DNA of 60,905 nt from a virus. Its lineage: Duplodnaviria; Caudoviricetes. Below the pieces are notes generated by a model. The model ran no database searches, was not told the DNA's origin, and saw only the letters and a list, made by a program, of their open reading frames with translations. The translations under genes and the position numbers were made by a program. The stretch covers positions 1 to 60,905 of the IMG/VR virus record IMGVR_UViG_3300012942_000050; one strand, 5' to 3'. Positions 1 through 10,381 of this stretch are shown here, piece after piece. Positions within the stretch are counted from its first letter, which is position 1, and each line of letters opens with the position of its first letter.

Positions 1-1
1 C

Positions 2-163
2 GACAAGGCGGCGCGGGTGGTCCTCTGCGTCGTGGCCACGGCGCTGGCCATTGCTGCGCTCCCGCTCGTTTTTCTCCTCACCCTCTGCGAATGTCTGACG
101 GAAACGTGTAGGGCCTATTGGGACTTTCTGCGCGACATGTGGGATGTAAATCTTGGAGACTGA
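2..163 (+). CDS. Partial (5'-truncated) small hydrophobic protein
   Basis: Open frame from window start to TGA at 161-163 (DKAARVVLCVVATALAIAALPLVFLLTLCEC...). Its end contains the GGAG RBS of polA. Confidence 0.5.
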   Translation, partial: DKAARVVLCVVATALAIAALPLVFLLTLCECLTETCRAYWDFLRDMWDVNLGD

Positions 164-169
164 CGCATC

Positions 170-3100
170 ATGAAGCGACTCATCGTTGACGTGTCCAGCC
201 TGTGCTGGACCTGCCTTTATGCGGGAACGGATGAAGAGTTCTCGAAGAAAGTTGAACACAACGGAAAGACGGTTACGGTCAATGGCTGGCAACATGGAGA
301 ACACAATGCCCTCAACTCACTGCTTGCTGCTTGGGAAAAACTCGGCATCGCACCCAAAGACACCATCATGGTCTTCGAGTCAGGCAACAGCAAGGGCTAC
401 CGCAAGCGTTGGCTGCCTACTTACTGCGCCGACCGCGACAGCAACCGCCCGCCTGAATACTACACCGAGTTCAACACGCTAAAGGGCAAGCTCATCGAGC
501 ATGTCCAGAAGCTCGGTGGCACTGCCGTCACGCGCCAGAACCTGGAAGCCGACGACGTGATCGCCTTCCTGGCTCAGCGCCTGGAGGGCAAACGGGTCAT
601 CATGACGAACGACCGCGACTTGGCCGCGCTCATCACCGAGGACGTCACGCTCTGGCGTGAAGGCGCGGAGCTGGATGAGAACCCCTACGGCCCTTGGCCG
701 GTGGCGTGGATGCCGATCTACAAGGCGCTTGTTGGTGATGCGTCAGACAAGATCCCAGGCGCCAAAGGTTTTGGTGAGAAGGCGTGGCTGAACCTCATCT
801 GCATCTTCAAGGAAGAAGGTGTGGAGGCTATGCGTGAGCTGATCGAAAACAAACGCCTGGAAGAGTTGGAGGAAGACGTTGCGGAGTTGAAAGTGCTTCG
901 CAAGGTCATCGACGCCAAGGACATGGTGTACGCGAGCTACGCGGCGGGCAAGCTGTATCCGCAGGAGTGCGAGAACATGCGGGCGCCGCTGCAATGGTTT
1001 CCGGGTTACGTGCGCAATCGCTCGGAAGTCGATGACCGGCTGCGTAAGTATGCGGGAATGTCCAAGATCGTCCACGCTGATAACCTGGATGAAGCGGTGG
1101 CGTTCATGCTTGAGAAGCTGGAGGGCTCTGAGTTCATATCGCTGGACTTGGAAACCACCAACTTCAACGGCAATGAAGCAGACTACCAGGCGTCCATGGA
1201 GTGGTTGGAAGCCTCTGGCAACGTTGTGGACGTCCTGGCTTCTCGCATTGTCTCCATGGGTCTGACCTTTGGCAACAACCAGCAGTACAACCTGTACTTC
1301 ACGGTGGGCCACGTCCCGACAGAGACTGCGCCAAACATCACGATGGACCAGCTTAAACGGGTCATCGAGTCGATCCCAGTGGGCATGGAAAAGATCATCG
1401 CCAACTTCTCCGGATTTGAGGCGGTCGTCCTGCGTAAGAACCTGGGGGATCTGAACGGCGAATACTTCCTGCCCAATGCGGTGGATGTGCAGATCGAAGC
1501 GGCCTACGTTGACGAGAACACGCCACGTGGCCTGAAGTTCCTCTCCAAGCACTACCTGGGCGCAGACCAGGTGGATTACCAGACAGTCACCAATGGTCGC
1601 CGGATGGACCAGATGACAGCCCAGGAGACGTTGGCTTATGGCACGGACGACACACTGTTTACCAGCGCCTTACATACACATTTCAACGTCATCATGGAGG
1701 TTGAGCAAACCAAGAGAGCCTTCCGGGAAACCGAACTCGACTGCCAGTACGTCGTTGCCCACTCCTTCCTCCACGGCGTTGATTTTGACTACGGACGGAT
1801 GCTGGAAATTGAGGCCGAGGATGACGCAGCGCATGCCAAGGCGCGGGCTGTTCTGGACGACTATCTGATAAAGGTTGGGTACGAGGGAACCGTCTGCCCA
1901 CACTGGGAAATCGGCGACCTGCAGACACCTGCCAGCATCAAGGCCATGCACCTGGCCATCCTCGGCCAAGAGCTGAAGACGCAGGTTCGCACGCCAGAAA
2001 AACTCTTCAAGCTGATCGCTGACCAGGAAGACGTGGAGGACGCGAAGCTGCTTGCCCAGTACATGGAAGAAGGCAATATCGGCCAGATCAACGACTGGGC
2101 AGCCAGTCGGTTCACAGCCTCCCCGTCGCTGGACACCAACTCCTCCAAGCAGGTGCAGCATTTTCTGTACGACGTGATGGGTCTGCCAATCCACCTGGTC
2201 AACAACCTGACGGACAACCAACGCAGCAAGCGCGATCTGGCTGACGCGATGTACGCCTTCAAGAAAGTCGTCAAGGGTAAGGAAGAGTATTCGTCGCTGA
2301 CCACGGAACAGATAGAACTTATCAAGACGAAGGCCAGCACGGACGATGCCGCCATTCAGTTCGCGTTGAAGTACGACGTCGCCGAAGGCAGCGAAGAGGA
2401 AGCCGTCCTCAAGGCATTCCAGATTCTCAAGGAAGTTGGCACACGAAAGTCCCTCTTCTATGAGCCTTGGAAGAAACTCGTCTATTGGCTGGACGGGAAA
2501 ATGCACCCGTCCATTAAACAGTCCGCCACGACGTCGCTGCGCTTTACGGCGAGCAAGCCGAACGTCACCCAGCTTGGCAAAAACGGTGAGGGCCAGAAGC
2601 TGCGCTCTTGCTTCCCGGCGCACCGCAAGGGTGCCGTCGTGATAAGCCTGGACGAGAACGCGCAGGAGTTGCGCATGCAAGCCGGTCTGTCTGAAGACCC
2701 GGCATTCATGGCTTGCTACGTTGGTGACAACAAGCTGGACCTGCACTCAGTCACGGCAGCCTCAATTCTAGGCATCAGCTACGAAGAATTCCTTTCCAGG
2801 TTGCACAGTGACGACGCTGTGATAGCCAAGGCGGCAAAGGATAAGCGTAAAGAGGCCAAGATCGTAAATTTTCTCTCCGCATACAGCGGTACGGAGGTTG
2901 CCTTGTCGAAAGACATGGTGATCTGGCAGCCAGAGGCCAAGGTGTTCCTGGATGCAAAGAAGGCCGCCTTCCCTGTATATGAGAAGTGGCAGCTCGATAC
3001 TCAAGCCCTGGCAAAGCGTCAAGGCTACGTCACCAACCCGGATGGCGCACGGCGTCATGTGGCACATAAGGTGCTGTCTGACAACAAGTGGGAAGTTGAG

Positions 3101-3454
3101 GCAGCCGCACGGTCGGCAGGCAATCAGCCCATCCAGTCAGGGTCTGCCGCCCAAACCAAGAAAGCCATGGGCGCCATGTGGCGTCGTCGCGTGCTGCTGG
3201 ATTATGACTGCCGATTCCTCATGCCTGTCCACGATGAGGTCGTGTTGTCCAGCGCCAAGGAGGACACCGTGCAGGTGGCGAAGATTTGCCACGACTGCAT
3301 GACGCAGCCCTATTTGCCTAACATCCCTGCCTGCTCTTCCATCTCCATCGGTTTGAACTACGCCGATCAGCCTGAAGTTTGTGAAGAGGTGTTCGACGCC
3401 GACGCCATTCAGGCGCGGCTGGATGAGCTGCTGCCGGAGGTTGTGCCTGCGTAA
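170..3454 (+). CDS. polA: Family A DNA polymerase with N-terminal 5'-3' exonuclease and 3'-5' exonuclease domains
   Basis: 5'-nuclease motifs (LIVD, EADDVI, NDRD, LVGDASDKIPGAKGFGEK); ExoI DLET; motif A DENAQELR; motif B RKEAKIVNF..Y; motif C VHDE. Confidence 0.95.
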   Translation: MKRLIVDVSSLCWTCLYAGTDEEFSKKVEHNGKTVTVNGWQHGEHNALNSLLAAWEKLGIAPKDTIMVFESGNSKGYRKRWLPTYCADRDSNRPPEYYTEFNTLKGKLIEHVQKLGGTAVTRQNLEADDVIAFLAQRLEGKRVIMTNDRDLAALITEDVTLWREGAELDENPYGPWPVAWMPIYKALVGDASDKIPGAKGFGEKAWLNLICIFKEEGVEAMRELIENKRLEELEEDVAELKVLRKVIDAKDMVYASYAAGKLYPQECENMRAPLQWFPGYVRNRSEVDDRLRKYAGMSKIVHADNLDEAVAFMLEKLEGSEFISLDLETTNFNGNEADYQASMEWLEASGNVVDVLASRIVSMGLTFGNNQQYNLYFTVGHVPTETAPNITMDQLKRVIESIPVGMEKIIANFSGFEAVVLRKNLGDLNGEYFLPNAVDVQIEAAYVDENTPRGLKFLSKHYLGADQVDYQTVTNGRRMDQMTAQETLAYGTDDTLFTSALHTHFNVIMEVEQTKRAFRETELDCQYVVAHSFLHGVDFDYGRMLEIEAEDDAAHAKARAVLDDYLIKVGYEGTVCPHWEIGDLQTPASIKAMHLAILGQELKTQVRTPEKLFKLIADQEDVEDAKLLAQYMEEGNIGQINDWAASRFTASPSLDTNSSKQVQHFLYDVMGLPIHLVNNLTDNQRSKRDLADAMYAFKKVVKGKEEYSSLTTEQIELIKTKASTDDAAIQFALKYDVAEGSEEEAVLKAFQILKEVGTRKSLFYEPWKKLVYWLDGKMHPSIKQSATTSLRFTASKPNVTQLGKNGEGQKLRSCFPAHRKGAVVISLDENAQELRMQAGLSEDPAFMACYVGDNKLDLHSVTAASILGISYEEFLSRLHSDDAVIAKAAKDKRKEAKIVNFLSAYSGTEVALSKDMVIWQPEAKVFLDAKKAAFPVYEKWQLDTQALAKRQGYVTNPDGARRHVAHKVLSDNKWEVEAAARSAGNQPIQSGSAAQTKKAMGAMWRRRVLLDYDCRFLMPVHDEVVLSSAKEDTVQVAKICHDCMTQPYLPNIPACSSISIGLNYADQPEVCEEVFDADAIQARLDELLPEVVPA

Positions 3455-3575
3455 AAGTTGACGGTAGGGCGAGGTTTTCCTCGCCGGGGTTTAGCCAGTT
3501 CGTCATCCTGACGATTTAGAAAACGACTGGCAGCTACATACGGAACTGTAGCCAGGCGCGGCCAGTGTGCCGTCA

Positions 3576-3604
3576 GGGCCTCCTGAGAAAGGCCCTACTT
3601 TTCA
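3576..3604 (+). terminator. Putative intrinsic terminator after polA
   Basis: AGGGCCT-cctgagaa-AGGCCCT followed by ACTTTT. A further hairpin GGCGAGG-tttt-CCTCGCC lies at ~3468-3485. Confidence 0.45.
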
Positions 3605-3621
3605 AACTTCAAGGACTGAAC

Positions 3622-3882
3622 ATGAGTGTACAGGTTATGTCACTAGACGAGTGGATGAGCACCGTCAACATGCGGCTGGATTCTTTGGTGAGCAATATCA
3701 GATATTTGCTGGACGATAACGGAAAACTTAGGGATGAGATGAAGGGCATCAAGGTAGAGGTAGCCGATCACCGGCTGCGCATCTCCCAACTTGAGCGTGA
3801 CATCTCCACGATAGAGTCCGACGTCTCCGCGCTGGAGTCCGATGTAGCCGACCTTGACAACCAACTGGACCGCTGGCAATGA
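3622..3882 (+). CDS. Small coiled-coil protein
   Basis: AAGGA RBS before ATG 3622; heptad pattern (ISQLERDISTIESDVSALESDVADLD); ATGA overlap with next gene. Confidence 0.7.
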   Translation: MSVQVMSLDEWMSTVNMRLDSLVSNIRYLLDDNGKLRDEMKGIKVEVADHRLRISQLERDISTIESDVSALESDVADLDNQLDRWQ

Positions 3883-4316
3883 GCGTCGGACAGCGCGGCA
3901 AAGCCGCAGAAAAAATCGTCCAGAAATACCTGGAACACATCAACGAGACGCACGCTAAGTTCGATTTCGAGCGCCTGTCAGACGCCCGTTCTGGCGGTGG
4001 CATGGGTGCGAAGAGGGTCGTCGGTGACTTCTCCTTCTTCGCTCCTGGCGTGCATGGCGTGATCGAGGTGAAGTCCATCAAGCACGACTTCCGGCTACCT
4101 GCCAAGAACGTCTCACAGCTTCCAAAGCTACGTAAGCGAACCTTGGCTGGTGGTAGGTGCATCATCCTGGTCTACCACACCGAGACGAGGCTGTGGCGCT
4201 GCTTGCTTGCCGGGGACTTGGAGATCAAGTCCACGGGATCTTGGGATCTAAGGTATTACCCAGCCTATCCGAGCCTTGAGTTAGCTCTCCCCCTGCAAAT
4301 GCTGATTCAACAATGA
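3879..4316 (+). CDS. RecU-like Holliday junction resolvase (PD-(D/E)XK nuclease)
   Basis: RGKAAE...GDF...IEVKS motif arrangement, Q-x-x-x-L helix, location in the replication module. Confidence 0.75.
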   Translation: MSVGQRGKAAEKIVQKYLEHINETHAKFDFERLSDARSGGGMGAKRVVGDFSFFAPGVHGVIEVKSIKHDFRLPAKNVSQLPKLRKRTLAGGRCIILVYHTETRLWRCLLAGDLEIKSTGSWDLRYYPAYPSLELALPLQMLIQQ

Positions 4317-4561
4317 CGGACACAAAATTCTGCACAGGCTGTTCCACCTTTCGCCCCGTCGATGAAATCCTCTACGAGTGGCGGCGACGCAACGGTCGTC
4401 GTATCAAGAAGGTGATCTGCAAGCACTGTGCTGCGCAACGGGACAGCAACAAATCTGTCGAGGATCGAGACGCCTACGGCAAGCGCATCACTCAGCGCAA
4501 CAAAGAAATCCAGCGTGCCAAGACGCTGGCGTACATGGACATGAACAAGGATAGAAAATGA
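4313..4561 (+). CDS. Small zinc-finger protein
   Basis: CTGC...CKHC pairs; ATGA coupling at both ends. Confidence 0.65.
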   Translation: MTDTKFCTGCSTFRPVDEILYEWRRRNGRRIKKVICKHCAAQRDSNKSVEDRDAYGKRITQRNKEIQRAKTLAYMDMNKDRK

Positions 4562-5460
4562 GAGAAGGTTTCCGCCCTATGCTGGCCGTCAAGTTGGATG
4601 GGCCGATGCAATTCGACGACTACGTTATCAGTCCGAAGCTCGACGGGATCCGTTGTGTCATTCAGGACGGCTTGGCGCTGTCTCGTACATTGAAACCCAT
4701 CCCCAACAAGTTCATGCAGAGCATCCTGTCGGACTGGCAGATCGACGGTTTCGATGGCGAGCTGATCGTGGGGTCGCCAACTGGCCCGGACGTCTACAAC
4801 CGATCCAACAGCGGGGTAATGTCCAAAGATGGTGAACCAGGTTTCACCTACTACGTTTTTGACTATATAACGGATAATTTGCAAATTCCGTTCTCTGATC
4901 GACTCGATGAACTTCATCGGCGTGTCGATGCCTTGGAAGGACCGTTGAAAGATCACATCGTGCTTGTTCCCCATTACGAGGTGCCAACTCACAATCTCAT
5001 GGCTGACTTTGAAGAAGGCTTCCTCAAAGACGGTTACGAAGGCGCGATGCTACGCCGCCTGTCGTCTCCCTATAAATGTGGCAGGGCTACCCTCAAGCAA
5101 GGGTGGTTACTGAAGCTCAAGAGGTTCGCGGATGCTGAGGCTCGCATCATCGGCTTCGAGTGCCTGTACAGCAACAAGAACGAGGCGACGACAGACGCGC
5201 TTGGCCTCACCAAACGCAGCTCGCACAAAGAAAACCAGATCCCGCTGGAGAAACTTGGCAGCATCACAGCCAAGGATCTGATGACCGGCGTGGAGTTCGA
5301 CATCGGCTCCGGCTACACCGACAAGCAGCGCATTGATCTGTGGGCAGATCGAGAGAACCTGATTGGCAAGCTCGTCAAGTACAAGCATTTCACCTACGGT
5401 GCTATCGACAAGCCTAGATTTCCAACGTTCGCAGGGTTTAGGTCGGAGATCGACCTGTGA
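4558..5460 (+). CDS. ATP-dependent DNA ligase
   Basis: KxDG motif (SPKLDGIRC), DGEL, YYVFD, EGAMLR, LLKLK and C-terminal OB fold with PRFP. Confidence 0.95.
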   Translation: MREGFRPMLAVKLDGPMQFDDYVISPKLDGIRCVIQDGLALSRTLKPIPNKFMQSILSDWQIDGFDGELIVGSPTGPDVYNRSNSGVMSKDGEPGFTYYVFDYITDNLQIPFSDRLDELHRRVDALEGPLKDHIVLVPHYEVPTHNLMADFEEGFLKDGYEGAMLRRLSSPYKCGRATLKQGWLLKLKRFADAEARIIGFECLYSNKNEATTDALGLTKRSSHKENQIPLEKLGSITAKDLMTGVEFDIGSGYTDKQRIDLWADRENLIGKLVKYKHFTYGAIDKPRFPTFAGFRSEIDL

Positions 5461-5762
5461 AAGCCACCATCACCGCCGATAACTCAGAACACTGGGTCAA
5501 CCATGTGGGCCTGGCGCTCGCTTGCGCCAGAGACAAACGTGACGCCGCCGAACGGAAGTGGCACGACAACCCATGGTGGCGACCACTTCTCGATACTCAC
5601 CTGGAGGTGATCTACATGCGCCACGACATGGCAGCCAATGCCCTCAACGATCTGATGAAGGCTGTGCTGCGCGTCGATAGTGGCGTGCTCTCCAAGGTTG
5701 AGATTGACGAGTGGGAGATGGACAGGGTTGACACGTACTACCGAAAGCCGAGGAAAGAATGA
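5457..5762 (+). CDS. Hypothetical protein
   Basis: GTGA overlap with ligase, GGAG RBS, coupled to next ORF. Confidence 0.65.
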   Translation: MKATITADNSEHWVNHVGLALACARDKRDAAERKWHDNPWWRPLLDTHLEVIYMRHDMAANALNDLMKAVLRVDSGVLSKVEIDEWEMDRVDTYYRKPRKE

Positions 5763-6037
5763 AAGTAGATAAATCAAACGTCGATGCGTGGCTGGCGAAA
5801 GCTCAACGGGCCAACGACCAGGCATACAGGATGTACCAGCAATACACCATCGAGTTGCAAACCAACATCCTGCCGCCCCAGTTCCACCCTGTCCAACGTC
5901 GTCGCTGGAATGCGGGCTGGCTCTGTTATTGCAGAATGATGGACCTGCTCATTGCCCTGGCACAAGTCAAGGACGGCATCATTGAGAGCACCACCATTCC
6001 GGAAAACCATCTACAAATCATCAAGGCATTCCCATGA
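5759..6037 (+). CDS. Hypothetical protein
   Basis: ATGA overlaps at both ends within the operon. Confidence 0.65.
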   Translation: MKVDKSNVDAWLAKAQRANDQAYRMYQQYTIELQTNILPPQFHPVQRRRWNAGWLCYCRMMDLLIALAQVKDGIIESTTIPENHLQIIKAFP

Positions 6038-7158
6038 AAACGTTAATCATCAACGACTGCCACCTTGGAACGTCGCGTTCCAGCGGCACGACGCCCGCTT
6101 CTTCTGCCGCGCTGCGGCAGTACCTTTTCGACGAGTACAACGCGCTGTTGACGCGGCACCTGGACAAGCACCTATTTATCAACGGTGACCTGTTCGACCA
6201 CTTCTCCGAGGATGAAGCCACACTCGACCAGACACTTGGCATGCTGGTGACGTGGTTGAACAAAACAAAGGACGGACAGAAGCTCACCTTGTCATGTGGT
6301 AATCACGATGCGTCAGCCAAGGGTGACAAGCTCTCCAGCTTCCACCTATTAACGAACATTCTCAAACTCTTCTATCCGGATCGTGTGACGGTCGTGGATA
6401 TTGGGCAGTTGTACACCCTGCAGCATCGCGTCGCGGTGCTGGCTCATTGTCATAACCAGGATCTGTTCGAGATGGGGCTGAACAACATCCTGGATAACAT
6501 CCGTGCGGGGAACGTTAATACGCTGTTCCTGCATGCCAACGTCCTCTCGCCCTTTTCCGAGCAGCATGACCACTCCCTAGCCGTCACTGAGGATATGGCG
6601 CGACGCTTTGTCAACGCTGGCATTCGGCTGGTGTTCGCTCATGACCACCACAACCGTTGCATCAATCTGAACGCCATCGGGACTAAGACCACCTCCCAGT
6701 TCGACACTAACTCTCACATCATCGTCCTTGGCAACCAGTTCCCTGCATCCATTGCGGACTGCCTGTCACATGGCAAGGCACAGGCCAATGGCCGCAAGTT
6801 CGCTCACATCATGGACGAAGAGGGCAGGATCAGCCAAGTTGAAACGTGGAACAGCAACGCCTTTATCGACGTGGACTGGCAGGAACTGGATAAGGTCAAC
6901 GGAGAAATGTTTGTCCGTGTCTCTGGCGAGGCTGCCCAGTCCCAGGCGGGTGAAGTGGTGAGCGTGATTGCCAAGTTCCGCAGCCAGTCTGATGCCTACG
7001 TTGTGTCAAACAACGTGCAGATTGAAGGTATCGGCAGCATCGAAGATATTGACGGCATCTCACTGGAGCAGATTAAGGCGTTTGACGTGCGTGCCGCCCT
7101 GCTGGAAATGTTTGAACCTGATGAACGCAAGGTTCTGGAAAAGGTTTTGGAGAACTGA
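6034..7158 (+). CDS. sbcD: SbcD/Mre11-like metallophosphoesterase nuclease
   Basis: DCHLG, NGDLFD, GNHD and AHDH phosphoesterase motifs; adjacent to an SMC-like ATPase. Confidence 0.88.
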   Translation: MKTLIINDCHLGTSRSSGTTPASSAALRQYLFDEYNALLTRHLDKHLFINGDLFDHFSEDEATLDQTLGMLVTWLNKTKDGQKLTLSCGNHDASAKGDKLSSFHLLTNILKLFYPDRVTVVDIGQLYTLQHRVAVLAHCHNQDLFEMGLNNILDNIRAGNVNTLFLHANVLSPFSEQHDHSLAVTEDMARRFVNAGIRLVFAHDHHNRCINLNAIGTKTTSQFDTNSHIIVLGNQFPASIADCLSHGKAQANGRKFAHIMDEEGRISQVETWNSNAFIDVDWQELDKVNGEMFVRVSGEAAQSQAGEVVSVIAKFRSQSDAYVVSNNVQIEGIGSIEDIDGISLEQIKAFDVRAALLEMFEPDERKVLEKVLEN

Positions 7159-7160
7159 AC

Positions 7161-9329
7161 ATGTTGAAGCAGATCAAGCTGAAGAACTTTCGGAAGCACC
7201 GCGATGCGGTGTTTGAGTTTGGGCCGGGGCTCAACACTCTGCGTGGTGAGAATGAGCAAGGCAAGAGCACGATATTCGAGGCTGCCCTGTTCGCCATGTA
7301 TGGGAGTCGCGCCCTGCGTAACAGCCTGGACGACGCGGTGACGTGGGGAGAGCCCACGAAGTCTCTGCGCGTTGAGGCCACCATCGAGTTCGACGGCCAG
7401 GACTACACCTTCACCCGCAGCAAGGCCGGTGCGGAGGTCATCAAGGATGGTCAAGTCTTCGTTACCGGCCAGACAGAGGCGACGAATTTCGCCACCCAGT
7501 TGATGGGTGCGGACGCGAACACCGCCAGCAAGCTGATGCTGGCCAGCCAGAAGGCGCTGCAGGGCGCCTTGGAACAAGGCAGCAAGGCCACCTCTGAGCT
7601 TGTCGAGGGCCTGGCTGAATTCACCTTCTTCGACACGTTGCTGGGCCGCATGCAGGAGCGCCTGCCTCTTGGCAGCGATGTCTCCGCCCGCCAGCGCCTG
7701 GACGACGCCAAGGTTCGCTTGGACTCCTTCCAAACCGATGACATACCTGACGTATCCACGTACCGTGCATTCCTGACCGTGGCGCCCAGGATGATTGAAG
7801 AAGCCAACCAAGACATCGACGGCACGCTAAAGCCTGCTTATGACCTCGCCCGCAAAAATCTGGAAGAAGCCAAACGAGAGCGCAGCGCCTACGACAATCT
7901 GGCCAACTCCTTGGATCGGGCCAGAAAACTGTACGATGACACACTGGATCAGTATAACGAAGCGGTGACAGCCTCGCATGTGGTCATCAAGGACGAGTCC
8001 TGCATTGACGGGCTGCGTGGACAAATCCGGGATGCCTCTCAAGCCAGGGCCACCTATCAGGCTTTCCTGGACTTCCAGGCGCTGCCCGCTTACCCGGAGC
8101 TGTGCTGGGAGGGTAGCTCGGGCAGCCTGCAGGCTGAGATAGATGACATCAACGCTCAAATCCTTCAGCACAATGCGGCGCTGACGGAAATCAACCTGCA
8201 GCGCCAGGCCATCACCTCCGACATCAAGCTCCTGGATTCCAAGATCCAGCGTGAGGATCACTGTCACGCCTGCGGTCAACTCCTGAAGGACCACAAGGAG
8301 ATTGCCGAGCGCAACAAGAACCTGGAAGTCCAGATTGAAGAAAAGCGTCATCAACTTGATGCCCTGGGTGATGGCTCCGCGCATAAGGAAACCCTGGCTT
8401 CTCTGAATTCCGACCTGAAAGACTTGAAGGCCGTCCAGAAATCCTCCGCACCGTTCGATGCTTTCTTGCGCAAACACAGCGAGCGAGTCGTCTCGGACGA
8501 GAACTTCGTGCCGTCCAAGATCACCTGGAGAGGTGAGGCACCCAGCGGAGTCATGCTTGATGTAGACGACATCCAGCGGCGCATCAACGCCATTGAGGAT
8601 GCCGAGAAGGCCCGCGCTGCGGCAGCCGCCAAGGTAGCCGGTCTGAAGGATGTCTTGGACTCTCAGAGCAAGCAGATCGACAACTACAGCCAGCAGTTGC
8701 AGGAGATGGCAACCATCGACCTGAATATCTACCAGAATGATTGCGATGTCACCTACAAGGCGCTGTGTGATCGCCAGGTTCAGGTGCAGGACATCAAGGA
8801 TCAGGTGCGTGATGCTGAGCACAACATCCAGATGGCCGAGCAACTTGCCAAGCAGCATGACACCATTCGCCGGGAAGTGCAGAGCCAGATCAACGCTGCT
8901 GAGCGCGAGATCCGGGACTTGGGCTTCAACAACGCCTTGCTCAAGAAAGTACGTGGCGCCCGTGGCCCGATTGCCGACAAGCTCTGGGCCATGGTGCTGA
9001 TCAGTGTCTCCACGATGTTCAGCAAGATGCGTGGCGAGGAGTCCATCGTCACCAAGACGAAGGACGGCTTTCGTGTCAATGGTGAGGACGTATCTTCACT
9101 CTCTGGCTCGGCGCTGGACCTGCTGGGACTTGCCATCCGCGTGGCATTGGTTAAGACGTTCCTGCCTCACGCCGACATGCTGGTGCTGGATGAGCCAATG
9201 TCTGCCTGCTCGGAAGAGCGCACGGAGCGCATGCTGGGATTCCTGGCGACGACGGGGTTCAAGCAGACCATCCTCATCACTCATGAAGACGTGTCAGAAA
9301 CCATCGCGGATAACCTCATCACCCTTTAA
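7161..9329 (+). CDS. sbcC: SbcC/Rad50-like SMC ATPase
   Basis: Walker A GENEQGKST, long coiled coil with central CHAC zinc hook, LSGS signature, Walker B LVLDEP, ITH. Confidence 0.92.
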   Translation: MLKQIKLKNFRKHRDAVFEFGPGLNTLRGENEQGKSTIFEAALFAMYGSRALRNSLDDAVTWGEPTKSLRVEATIEFDGQDYTFTRSKAGAEVIKDGQVFVTGQTEATNFATQLMGADANTASKLMLASQKALQGALEQGSKATSELVEGLAEFTFFDTLLGRMQERLPLGSDVSARQRLDDAKVRLDSFQTDDIPDVSTYRAFLTVAPRMIEEANQDIDGTLKPAYDLARKNLEEAKRERSAYDNLANSLDRARKLYDDTLDQYNEAVTASHVVIKDESCIDGLRGQIRDASQARATYQAFLDFQALPAYPELCWEGSSGSLQAEIDDINAQILQHNAALTEINLQRQAITSDIKLLDSKIQREDHCHACGQLLKDHKEIAERNKNLEVQIEEKRHQLDALGDGSAHKETLASLNSDLKDLKAVQKSSAPFDAFLRKHSERVVSDENFVPSKITWRGEAPSGVMLDVDDIQRRINAIEDAEKARAAAAAKVAGLKDVLDSQSKQIDNYSQQLQEMATIDLNIYQNDCDVTYKALCDRQVQVQDIKDQVRDAEHNIQMAEQLAKQHDTIRREVQSQINAAEREIRDLGFNNALLKKVRGARGPIADKLWAMVLISVSTMFSKMRGEESIVTKTKDGFRVNGEDVSSLSGSALDLLGLAIRVALVKTFLPHADMLVLDEPMSACSEERTERMLGFLATTGFKQTILITHEDVSETIADNLITL

Positions 9330-9331
9330 CC

Positions 9332-9679
9332 ATGCACGCTATTCAACCACCACGACCTCAGCCAGGAGATAGCTCTATGTCGTTCCAACCTCCCCATATC
9401 CCTCAGCATCTTCGCAAGAAAACCCGAATCTCCTTCAACACTGAGCCCATGCCCCGAGATCCTGACGAAATGGAGACGGGTCACGTCTATTACGACGCAG
9501 CGGCTGATGCGCTGCGATTCTGCTTCGGGCCTGAAGGCGCCCACACATTCATCATGTTGGGTGACTACGATGCCACGATACATGAACCCAAACCCAAACC
9601 CTTGGAGCCTGACACCAACGTAACCTTCACTGTGGACCAGGTGCGAGCCCTGCTCAAATACGCCGGGGTTCAAGCATGA
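9332..9679 (+). CDS. Hypothetical protein (start may be ATG 9377)
   Basis: ORF in operon; AGGAG RBS precedes the second Met (MSFQPP). Confidence 0.6.
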   Translation: MHAIQPPRPQPGDSSMSFQPPHIPQHLRKKTRISFNTEPMPRDPDEMETGHVYYDAAADALRFCFGPEGAHTFIMLGDYDATIHEPKPKPLEPDTNVTFTVDQVRALLKYAGVQA

Positions 9680-9819
9680 GCCTAGGGATCGTACTGGTCA
9701 TGTGGGTACTGGCACTCGTTAGCTTCTTCCTGCCTCCTGAGTTTGCATTGGGTATCCTGATAGGGATGGTCGCCGTGGAAACGTGGGGAGTATATAGACT
9801 GTGGCGCCGCCACAAATAA
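9676..9819 (+). CDS. 47-aa membrane protein (not in ORF track)
   Basis: MSLGIVLVMWVLALVSFFLPPEFALGILIGMVAVETWGVYRLWRRHK; ATGA overlap; two hydrophobic segments and a basic tail. Confidence 0.6.
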   Translation: MSLGIVLVMWVLALVSFFLPPEFALGILIGMVAVETWGVYRLWRRHK

Positions 9820-9829
9820 AGGATTGATC

Positions 9830-9985
9830 ATGACTAAATTCTTCGTCCAACTTATCCTCGCCCTCTACCCCATCACGGTCATGGCCCTCGCTGCCTTCCT
9901 GATCTACAAGCAGGTGCCAGGATGGGGTTGGTTCCTCACCATCGCCTTCTTGTTGCTCGGCTCGACGTCAATCAAGCTCGACTAG
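9830..9985 (+). CDS. 51-aa membrane protein (not in ORF track)
   Basis: AAGGA RBS; MTKFFVQLILALYPITVMALAAFLIYKQVPGWGWFLTIAFLLLGSTSIKLD; two TM-like segments. Confidence 0.65.
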   Translation: MTKFFVQLILALYPITVMALAAFLIYKQVPGWGWFLTIAFLLLGSTSIKLD

Positions 9986-9998
9986 CCTTCTGAATAGT

Positions 9999-10019
9999 GC
10001 AAAATAGCGTTAAAATTGC
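9999..10019 (+). promoter_or_regulatory. Copy of 21-bp GCAA-N13-TTGC element
   Basis: GCAAAATAGCGTTAAAATTGC, intergenic, upstream of the thyX unit. Confidence 0.6.
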
Positions 10020-10053
10020 ATAATACATTTTGACGATTTCAGGAGCCTTCAGC

Positions 10054-10374
10054 GTGAGTCACGCCTTCTTTTCCCGCACTCTCAAATTCCCGGACCCCGC
10101 CAAGGTCCGGTGCCATGTCGGCTACCGCGCCGATGTGGAAATCACAGTGAGCATGGATCCCCCCGACGAGGGTGGCATGGCGCAGGCGGAATTCGAGGTC
10201 ACGCTGATGGATGTAGACGGCTACATGGAGGCCGACACGATACGGTTCTCGGGGTGTGGCGAACGCACCATTCGAGTGCCCTTTCTGTCTACCAAGACGA
10301 AAGCCGTCTACATCGTACCCAAGGACTGCACGACGCCCGGACAAGCCTACAGCGTTCGGGCGTTCAATCAATAG
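10054..10374 (+). CDS. Hypothetical protein
   Basis: AGGAG RBS at 10041 before GTG 10054; ends just before the thyX RBS. Confidence 0.6.
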   Translation: MSHAFFSRTLKFPDPAKVRCHVGYRADVEITVSMDPPDEGGMAQAEFEVTLMDVDGYMEADTIRFSGCGERTIRVPFLSTKTKAVYIVPKDCTTPGQAYSVRAFNQ

Positions 10375-10381
10375 GACATTC

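Noticed and set aside
170-3454. Intein explaining the large PolA
   Set aside because: No C...HN-(C/S/T) junctions or LAGLIDADG blocks seen; length is explained by the fused 5' nuclease and inserts.
3495-3530. CTGACGA...GAAA resembling a hammerhead ribozyme core
   Set aside because: No stem I or stem II can form; CTGACGA is simply one arm of the TCGTCA/TGACGA hairpin.
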